Assembly (NCBI GenBank): GCA_942492735.1
Contig: OW818648.1
Coordinates: forward strand, 2,245,591 to 2,309,590
From: an uncultured Eubacteriales bacterium
Lineage (GTDB): Bacteria; Bacillota; Clostridia; Oscillospirales; Oscillospiraceae
DNA length: 64,000 nt
Direction of reading: 5' to 3'
Part shown: positions 9,741 through 18,700 of the stretch, one piece after another
Numbering within the stretch: the stretch's first letter is position 1
Layout of the letters: each line of letters begins with the position of its first letter
Notes under the pieces: generated by a model
Told to the model about the DNA's origin: nothing
Seen by the model: only the letters and a program-made list of their open reading frames with translations
Databases searched by the model: none
Position numbers and translations under genes: made by a program

Positions 9741-11768
9741 TCAGCGTATCGGCATATACGGCTTGTAAGGCTGTACTTTATATATCGCATCAGCAATAAT
9801 CTTCGCCAGGATGGGAGAACCGGTGCTGTTCGGATGAAAACCGTCTTTCCAAAAGTAATCGCTTCTGTCAAGACTGACATCATACCAGTTGGCGACTGTT
9901 GTATTGTCGTATTCGGCGGCAATTTTCGTCAGCGTACTGTTGACCGCATCACACCAGGATCTCGGCACCTGTGTGTTGACAAAGACGATCTTTCTGTCAC
10001 TGCCGATCAGTTCAATCAGCGCGCGCATATGCGCTTCGGATACCGTTCCGTTGGATCCGAGCTCAATAACAACGGTTGACCACAGTTTGTTTTGCGCTAT
10101 CAATTCACTGATAATATTTTTCGCTTGATAGAACTGTCTGCCAACTTTAGCGTACATGTACATATTGGGATAATACTCCTGCAAGCTCGGGGCGATGTCG
10201 ATCGCTATCGAGTCGCCGATGACTGTGATGCAGAGGTCGCTCGGCGTTATGACTGCTGGTGCGCTATCAGGTGAAGCATCGGAGGCCTCTGGCGATGGGC
10301 TTGCTGTGGGCGGCTCCGGACTATCTGTTGGGTTCGCCGGACTGCTCGATGGAGAAGCCGAGGATAACGATGTATCCGTCGACGGACTCGTTGTCGGCGA
10401 TGGGCTTATTGACGGCGGCGGACTTGTTGTCGGCGCCATGCTTATTAACGGCGGCGCTGAAGAGGCTTCCGCATTATTTTGAGGCGTAATAATCATCTGC
10501 GAGGGTAAAGCGCTAAGTTCGTCCAAGCCTGAATTCGGCACAGCCTGTGCATTGAGAAAACCGGCGCCTGATACCAGTACCAGCGTGATTACCAGCAGAG
10601 CGGCCGTTTTTTCCCACCAACGCGTATGCAGGCAGCTCGAACAAAAATCACGGAAAGAGCTCTTTTTGAAGGATTTGATGATCTGACTCTTGCGAATCGG
10701 CATTTCTATAAGGTAATAAGAGACCGTTGCCAGCAGAATAGTCGCGGCAACCTGACAGATGCTCAGTATCACATTCAGTTTATTTGATGGCATCATTGTA
10801 TTCGAAATGATAATCACGGGAAACTGCCATAAATAAACGCCGTAGGATATTTTGCCGATAAATCGCAGCGGCCTTAAGCCAAAGAATTTTCCGATGACCG
10901 TGGTGGGACTTACAACTGCTGCGATGAGCACGCAAGAAGCGATGGAGAAAACGAACATGCCGCCGCGGTAAAGAAAATCGTCATACTGCGTCATATAGTA
11001 ACACATAAATATGATGCCGAAAAGCGCAATGAAACCAGCGATACTCGATATGAGTCGCGTATTCCTTTTTTGCATCGCTTCCGTAATCTTTTTGCTCGGA
11101 AAGGCGAACGCCAGACATGCGCCGAGCAGCAGGGAGAAAACACGGGTATCCGTGCCATAATAGATGCGGCTTGGGTCGAATCCCGGCTGATAGAGCACCG
11201 CCATGAGTGCACCCGATATAACAGCGGCGACGGCAATAACCGTGATCTTAATCCAGTTCTTTTTTATGAACCGCTGTAACAAGAGCATCAAAAAAGGCCA
11301 AACGAGATAAAACTGCACCTCAACGGCAAGCGACCAGAAGTGATTTAGAAGAGAAGGTGTCGCAAAAGAGGTGAAGTACGGAATGTCGTTGAATATGTAC
11401 CACCAATTACTGGCGAAAAACATAGCCGGCAGAAACTCGGATTTCAAGTTCGCAAAGAGGTCGGGGCGAAAAACCGTGACATAAGCAACAAGGCATATCA
11501 GCAGAAAAAACACACTTGGCAGGAGTCTTTTCCCACGCCGGATAAAGAAACTTTTCAGATTGATTTTGTTGTCTTTTGCCCACTCAGTCTGCAGTATATC
11601 GGTGATCAGATATCCTGAAAGCACAAAAAACAGCGTCACGCCTAGAAAACCGCCGGGGACAAACGGCAAGCCCAAATGATACGCAATAACCGCAAATACA
11701 GCTAAAGCCCGGAGGCCGTCAAGCCCGGGCATGTAAGAATTTTTTTGAATCGTTATATCTGTCATCAA
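9741..11768 (-). CDS. oatA: OatA-like O-acetyltransferase: acyltransferase-3 membrane domain, Pro/Ser/Thr-rich linker, C-terminal SGNH domain
   Basis: About 10 transmembrane helices with an acyltransferase-3 pattern, a low-complexity PSPTTSPS linker, and a C-terminal SGNH domain (VIGDSIAID…KDGFHPN). This matches the peptidoglycan O-acetyltransferase OatA architecture. Confidence 0.75.
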   Translation of the reverse strand: MMTDITIQKNSYMPGLDGLRALAVFAVIAYHLGLPFVPGGFLGVTLFFVLSGYLITDILQTEWAKDNKINLKSFFIRRGKRLLPSVFFLLICLVAYVTVFRPDLFANLKSEFLPAMFFASNWWYIFNDIPYFTSFATPSLLNHFWSLAVEVQFYLVWPFLMLLLQRFIKKNWIKITVIAVAAVISGALMAVLYQPGFDPSRIYYGTDTRVFSLLLGACLAFAFPSKKITEAMQKRNTRLISSIAGFIALFGIIFMCYYMTQYDDFLYRGGMFVFSIASCVLIAAVVSPTTVIGKFFGLRPLRFIGKISYGVYLWQFPVIIISNTMMPSNKLNVILSICQVAATILLATVSYYLIEMPIRKSQIIKSFKKSSFRDFCSSCLHTRWWEKTAALLVITLVLVSGAGFLNAQAVPNSGLDELSALPSQMIITPQNNAEASSAPPLISMAPTTSPPPSISPSPTTSPSTDTSLSSASPSSSPANPTDSPEPPTASPSPEASDASPDSAPAVITPSDLCITVIGDSIAIDIAPSLQEYYPNMYMYAKVGRQFYQAKNIISELIAQNKLWSTVVIELGSNGTVSEAHMRALIELIGSDRKIVFVNTQVPRSWCDAVNSTLTKIAAEYDNTTVANWYDVSLDRSDYFWKDGFHPNSTGSPILAKIIADAIYKVQPYKPYMPIR

Positions 11769-12202
11769 ATATTTTCCTTATTAAACAAACCGCCGTCTGT
11801 ATCATATTTCGTCACTATTCTACTAGACTTTCACCAAAGAGGAAAGTATTAATTTAAGAAATAATGAAAAAATTTGAAAGCCAAATAATGCATTGCTGTA
11901 ACGCCATAGAAAAAAGGCCTGACGCTGCATTAAGCATCGAGCCTCTTTTGAATAATTGACTGTCGTTTCCATTATATGATGTCGTCTGAATCTTTGTGCA
12001 TGGGTCAGTATTGATGACGTGTCTCAATGCCCCAAATTTGTAATTGGAGAATATTGTTTATTGCACGGATGCGACCAGCTGTCTTTGCGCCGTTCACCAG
12101 AGGCGGATATTGAGCAATATAGAGCAAATTTGACATATTATATTGCATATTGACTTCAGTTCGATTATACTAGTAACAAATTGTAACAACTTGGTGATTT
12201 AT

Positions 12203-13435
12203 ATGAAACTGATATCCTCAAAAAGGAAAAATGTAATATTCGCATGGCTGCTGACGTTCGCCCTTGTTATTGGCATGGGCTTTACGCCATTTGCGACGTA
12301 TGCCGAAGCCGTCAGTAAATCAGAAATAAATGCGCTGAAGAAGCAGCAGGAACAACTCGCGGCGGAAAAGGCCGAAATTCAGAAACAGGCGGATGTAGTC
12401 AACGGCCAAGTAGCTTCTCAGACAGAAAAACTAACCATACTGACTGTAAAACTCGATGTTACGAATCAGGAGATCGAAAATCTATCCCAACAGATCGGTA
12501 TATACACGAATTCCATAGCAGAAATGGAAAATGAACTTAACAACTACGAGCTGCAGCATCAGCAATTATTGGAAAAGTATAAGCAGCGCATACGAATAAT
12601 GGAAGAAAATGGCACGATTTCATACCTCGCCATCTTGTTTGACGCAACCAGCTTTACAGATATGCTGAGCCGACTCAATTACGTTAAAGAAGTCATGGAT
12701 TATGATAACGGCCTTATCAACGATGTCCAGGCTGCCAAAGAACAGGTAACAAATGCAAAAGCGGACATGGAAGGCGAGATGGCTGACCAGCAGATCGTCT
12801 TCGCGTCCTATCTGGACAAGCAGGCTGACCTTGACGTCCAGCAAAAGGAAGTACAGACGATCCTTTCAAGCCTGACGGCAAGTTCGGCGGATTACGATCA
12901 GCAGCTTGCATCCGTCAAATCAATCCAGTCCAAATTAAGCCAACAAATAAGTACTTTGCAGGAAAAACTGGCAGAACAAGAACGCATACTGGCGGAGCAA
13001 GCTGCTGCAAAGAAGCTCGCATTGGAGAAAAACAAATGGTATGGCGATGCGGTCGGAACAGGCACAGGACAGGACATCGTGGATCTAGCCAAGAAATTTC
13101 TCGGCATTCCATATGTTTATGGTGGGACCTCTCCATCCGGCTTTGACTGCTCAGGGCTTGTGTACTATTGTTACAAGAAGTTTGGCTATTCCATCAACCG
13201 CACCGCGTCAGCTCAGGCGTTAAATGGAACAGCGGTGTCGCCGTCAGAACTCAAGGTGGGGGATATCATCATATTCTCAGAGAAAAGCGGTAACTACATA
13301 GGTCACTGCGGTCTTTACATAGGGAACGGACAGTTCATCCATGCGCCCCATACCGGTGATGTCATCAAAATATCGAGCCTTTCGCAAGCTTATTACAAGA
13401 ATCACTTCTGGGGAGCCAGACGGATTATTAAGTAA
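12203..13435 (+). CDS. CwlO/PcsB-like peptidoglycan endopeptidase (coiled-coil N-terminus plus C-terminal NlpC/P60 domain)
   Basis: Signal peptide, about 280 aa of heptad-rich coiled coil, then an NlpC/P60 catalytic domain (GFDCSGLVYY…HCGLYIGNG…HAP). The ATG at 12203 has a GGTGA ribosome-binding site; the track's alternative start is 12143. Confidence 0.75.
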   Translation: MKLISSKRKNVIFAWLLTFALVIGMGFTPFATYAEAVSKSEINALKKQQEQLAAEKAEIQKQADVVNGQVASQTEKLTILTVKLDVTNQEIENLSQQIGIYTNSIAEMENELNNYELQHQQLLEKYKQRIRIMEENGTISYLAILFDATSFTDMLSRLNYVKEVMDYDNGLINDVQAAKEQVTNAKADMEGEMADQQIVFASYLDKQADLDVQQKEVQTILSSLTASSADYDQQLASVKSIQSKLSQQISTLQEKLAEQERILAEQAAAKKLALEKNKWYGDAVGTGTGQDIVDLAKKFLGIPYVYGGTSPSGFDCSGLVYYCYKKFGYSINRTASAQALNGTAVSPSELKVGDIIIFSEKSGNYIGHCGLYIGNGQFIHAPHTGDVIKISSLSQAYYKNHFWGARRIIK

Positions 13436-13449
13436 ACAAAAGTACAAAG

Positions 13450-13490
13450 AGGCTCAACACCATAAAACAGTGCTGAGCCTCTCTTTATTA
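13450..13490. terminator. Hairpin plus T-tract between convergent genes
   Basis: gaggctca…tgagcctc stem followed by tctttatta. Confidence 0.45.
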
Positions 13491-13528
13491 TCGAATCTGG
13501 TAGTGTAAGCAGTGCTCAGGAGGTTGCT

Positions 13529-15285
13529 CTAAAACAAGTAATTTTCCTTCAGATTGAACTGACTGATAAGGTTTTCCAACATCTGAGACTGGCTGGAGAG
13601 TTCTTCGCTGGCTGCAGCACTTTCTTCAGCTGTTGCAGAGTTGGTTTGTACGACGGTTGCAATCTGTTCGACACCGATGTTGACTTGCTTAATGGAATTT
13701 GCCTGTTCTTCGCTGGTATCTGCAATATACTGAATAATGTCTGACAACTTCTCGGTGTTCTGAACCACGACATCCAGAGATTTTGCGGTTTCGGATACAA
13801 TGACAGTACCCTGTTCCACCGCTTTTATGGATTTATCAATAAGGGTAGCTGTCGTTTTTGCACTTTCCGCAGATTTTCCAGCCAAGTTTCTCACCTCGTC
13901 GGCTACAACCGCAAAACCTTTACCTGACGAACCTGCTCTTGCTGCTTCAACCGCAGCATTCAGAGCAAGTATATTTGTCTGGAAAGCAATATCATCAATG
14001 ACTTTTATGATTTTACCAATCTCCCTGGACGTATCACTGATTTCGTTCATGGAGGTAATCATCTGTTGCATTTTTGCTTTGCCATGTTCGGTGGCATTGC
14101 TGGACTCTATGGAAATTTGTTTAGCGCTCGCCGCACTTTCTGCTGTTTTAATAACCTGGGAAGAAACCTCGTTAATAGTTGCAGAGAGCTCCTCAACGGA
14201 ACTTGCTTGTTCGGTTGCTCCCTGGGCAAGTGCTTGTGCCCCAGATGCAACTTGATCTGAACCTGTTGCTACCTGATCTGCGGCAACGCTGATTTGTGAA
14301 AGTGTTTGGTTTAACATGTCAGAAGTATTCGTTAAGGCTACTTTAATTTTGGCAAAATCTCCTTCGTAGGAGTTTTTGAAAATTAAGTCCAGATTACCTC
14401 TCCCTAATTCATCCAATAATTCCGACACCTCGTCGATGTAGTTGATGTACGCCTTGAGTCTGTTGGTGAGAAGACCCATGGAGCGCGCCAGCTGACCAAC
14501 CTCGTCCTTGCTGTTAATGTCAATTTTTGCGTCTAGATTCCCTTTGGCAAGATCTGAAGTCACACGATTAAGCTTTCCGATTGGCACAACGATACTAAAC
14601 ACAATGTATAACCCGAGTGCAACAGCAATTACGAGCGATATCACGATGATTATCGTCAGCTCGACAACAGACTTTTGAATGCTGCTTTCTACAAGAGATT
14701 TTTGCTGTGCAATGTAGGAGTCAATAAAGTCGGTATAGTTGCCTGTGCCGACAACCCAGTCAAAAGGCTTAAAAAAGAGAGAATATCCTCTTTTTGGCAG
14801 GGGCTCGGTTTCACCTGCTTTTGGAAAAGCGTAATCAGTATATCCTCCCCGCTTAACGCCTGTTCCTTAATAGCTTCAATAAAGGCGAACCCGTTGGCAT
14901 CCTTTGCGTTGGCGCGATTGGTCCCCTCGGTTTCTTTTCCCAATAAAACGACGCATGTTCCGTCGGTTTTATCTGCCCAAAAATAACCGCTTTCACCATA
15001 TTGCATATTTCGAAGTAGCGTAGCAGCAACGATTTCGGCTGCCGCCTTGGTATAAGCACCGGCTAAGCTTTGATCATAAACATTTTGCAAGACGGATATC
15101 GCAGATTCTGTTTGCTCCTTAATGTTTTTATCAAAATCATCACGAATTTGCTTGTCCAGCGTACTGAGAGACAACGTGTTTTGGGTATTCATCTTTTGAA
15201 TAGATATTATTGCGACGAATGAAATGGAAATAACGACAATGAGCATTAGAATAGCCATTTTTGTTTTAATCTTCAATGATTTCAT
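13529..15285 (-). pseudogene. Methyl-accepting chemotaxis protein (Cache-like sensor, HAMP, MCP signalling domain) split by a 1-nt frameshift near 14850
   Basis: ORF 14689..15285 carries the N-terminal transmembrane helix and Cache-like sensor. ORF 13529..14644 carries the second transmembrane helix, HAMP and the MCP domain. The downstream frame stays open back to about 14870 and reads …[40 protein letters not shown], which is Cache C-terminal sequence. The two frames meet at a cccc/gggg homopolymer at about 14846-14856. Confidence 0.55.
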
Positions 15286-15524
15286 TAAGTATTCGACCCC
15301 ACATATATGTTTTTAGCTGTTTGTTTCAACAGGCATATCAAAAAAATCTACCTTTTCATGATTACGAGTATAATCCAATAAAATCAACATATTCTCACAC
15401 TTTATGTGACGCGCCGATTCGAGACAAATGGCAGCAAAAACCCCTGTAAGCACAAAGCTCGCAGGGGTTTGTTAATGGTTTGATTATCTCTTATACTAAT
15501 ATTCGATTTAGATAGCGATGTGGT

Positions 15525-15560
15525 ACGCGCCGTTATTCCCGCCTGCGCGGGAATACCTAA
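15525..15560. repeat. Short palindromic element related to family 1 (ttattcccgcctgcgcgggaata)
   Basis: A 9-bp perfect stem around a tgc loop, sharing the attcccgc/gcgggaat arms of the element at 5421..5486. Confidence 0.55.
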
Positions 15561-15745
15561 GCGTTTGCACACCATGGTAAACGATCTTCAGGTAATCTCT
15601 GATTGTTGCGCCGATAATAGATTACCTTGAGATTTTTCGCAGGCTCAGAATGACAAACGCTAGTACTTAATTGCAACGACAGACGCCGGAATTTCAGAGC
15701 AATGACAAGGCAAGCCGGCCTTGCCGGTGCTTGTCGTCCGTAATT

Positions 15746-18700
15746 CTAAATCAGTCCTGATTTTTGCAGTAGATGCTGAACCATCACAGCGACCTCGGCG
15801 CGCGTCACATAGTCCTTCGGGGATAGCGTCGTTGCGCTTGTTCCGGTTGTGATACCCGCCTCGAGGCAGGCTGCAGCGCTTTGTCTCGCGTAGCTCGAAA
15901 CGTCCGCCCCATCGGTGTACTTTAAAAGAAGCGCGCTTACTTCGCTGTCTGTCAGGCTTATGCGAAGCCCGGCTAGCTTCATCGCATTGGCGATAATCGT
16001 CATCGCCTGTTCACGGGTAATCAGGTCATTCGGGCCGTAGCTTGTGCTGTCATAGCCGGATATGAGCGCATAGGCTGCCGCGGTGTCGACATCGCCGTTA
16101 AACCAGTCGGTCAGCGTTACATCGTCGAAGCTGCTTTCCGCTGTGCCCTTGGCAAGACCCAATGCTCTGACGATAATTGCCGCGAACTCTGCTCTCGTAA
16201 TGCTTCTGTCTGGCTCGAAGATGCCGTCACCGATTCCCGCGACGACCATTCTCGAGCCCATGTCGTTGATTGCCGTCTTTGCCCAGTTGTCTGTCACATC
16301 CGTAAACGTCACAGGGTTCCAGATGACGGAGTAGGTGCTGTTTGTCAGGCTGTTTATCTTTGCGTAATACTTGCCGTCGATCACAACGATCTGCGTCGGC
16401 ACATGGCGGAAGGTTCCGTCTGCGTTGAGTACGATGCCGGTTGTGATCTTGGAGGGGTCTACGCCGTCGGGTATGGCGATCGTGCGCTCCACATAACCGT
16501 TAAATTTGGATATTGAAATCGTCTTGTCACCGCTTGTGCAGGTGATTTCAAACTCAACGGGCTTTACAACAATTTGATAGCCGCCCTGGTTCGCCGTATC
16601 CTCTATAATCTTAACCGTATCCGCCGGCGGCTCGGCTATCTTGACGCTCACGTTGATGTCCTTGAGCTCGACCTGAGAGCCAAGCAGCGCCGAAACAGCG
16701 TCGATGTTGATCTGTGATGCCGGAAGTGTGTAGGTAACGGTTTCGGTTTTGATTTCGAGGGTTGCCTCTTTAGTTTCCATATTCTTGATTGTCTGCCCGT
16801 TCAGCTCGCCGACAACAACATCGGAACCCATGATGCCAGGGAGGGTGACCGTCGGCTTCTCGCCGCTGCTCTCAAGTAACTTATCCAGCTTCGTATCGTC
16901 AACGGTTATGGTCGTCGTTGTCTGTCCGCCGCTCGTCGTGGTGCTGGCTGTTCCCGCGTCCTGCCGCACGCCGTTGACTTCAACGACCGCGCTGCCAGAA
17001 GGCGTGCTGTCGTAGACGACCTGCGGCGTTACTGTAACCGTAACCGTCTTTGCCGCCGTCATAGTGCCGTCGTATGCCGTTATCTCCAATACATAGCTGT
17101 TATTCGTGTTGGTGTCGGTCGGGGTTCCGTATGATGGCGCTGTTCCAAAGGTTACGACGCCGGCAACGATGCTGAACTTTGCCGCGTCATCGCCGCCCGA
17201 AATGCTCCATGTAATCGCGCTTCCTTCCGGGTCCGAAGCCGCCGGGGTGAAGGCTGCCGTGCTGCCCTCAATAACGCTTATTGCGACACTTGTGGAAATC
17301 GCGGGTGCTTCGTTGACATTTGTGACGGTGATAGCCAAATCTTTTGAAGCAGTAAGATTTCCTCCGTCTTTTGCCACAACCAGAATGTTGTATACATTGT
17401 CTGCCCCGATGTCCTTTTTGTCCTCATAATTCGGAACGGCGTTGAAGGTTACTTTTCCGTCGCTGTCGATACTAAAGAGCGTTTTGTCCGCTCCGTCAAG
17501 GCTCCACGTAACCGTATCGCCCGCGTCAGGGTCTGTCCGTGTCGCGGTGTAGACCGTCCCTGTACCGTTCTCAGCAAAGCTAGCCGGATCTCCCGATGTG
17601 ATGCTCGGCGCTTCGTTGACCGCAGTGATTGTTATTGTTGCGGTTATGGCTGCGGAATTGACTGTTCCATCATAGGCCTTCCATGTGAAGCCGTCATTTC
17701 CGCTGTAATCGGCGGTGGCTATATAGGTAAATGTTCCGTTGGCATTAAATGAAAGTGATCCGTGGCTCGGACCAGTCCACAAGACATAGCTGAGCGTATT
17801 CCCCTCAGCGTCAGACGCATATGACGTCAGACTGTCGTTCAGCACGGTGTCCTCATTCGTTGTAAAGGTATGAGCCGTCACCGTGGGCGTGTCGTTGACG
17901 CCATTGATGGTGATGGTCAGGGTATTCCCCGTCGTGCCGGCGGAATCGGTCGCCTCAATCGTGAAGATATCGGGTACGGCTGCCGTCTGTTCATTCAGTA
18001 TCGCATTGCTGGTGGGAACATAGACGTAGGAACCGTTGCTTTTCACATACAGCGTACCGTAAATGCTGGCCTTGGAGACATTATAGGTAACACTGTCAAT
18101 GACAGTATCGCCCAATGTTCCGCCGTTGATTCCGTATCCTGTAATAGAGCCGGAATTCGCCGTTGCATCTATAGTTCCCATTACGCTGGGGAAAGTATCG
18201 TTAGCTGCCGTATCATTATAACTATGGCTGGCCGGATTAACCGTTGGGCCGCTGACTACTTTAACCGTAATCAGCAGCGCGTTACTGTTTCCGGCTGTAT
18301 CATCTACGTATACAAGCACAGCATAGCTGCCTGCGCTCAGCCCACCGGCGTTATTAATCAGCAAATTGGCTCCGGAAATTGTGAACTTGCTCATGTCGGC
18401 GCCGCCGATTAGTTGCCATCTGAGCGAATCGGTAAAGCCGGAGATTGTCGTTGCATCTGTTGCCGTCAGCGCACCCACAGTTGCACCATTTGTCGCCGCC
18501 GTCGTGCTTATGGTCAGAGTTGAGGGTGTTGTAACAGAAGGCGCTGTCGTATCGATAACAACAAGCTTAGTGCCTGCTGCCGACACATTTACAGCCGTAT
18601 CAGTCAAAGTGGCTGAAATTGTATAGCGGCCTGCCGCGTATGTATGGGCCGGAGCTGTGAAGGTGCCGGCTGCAATGGTGCCGGTAGCGTGAGCGGTGCC

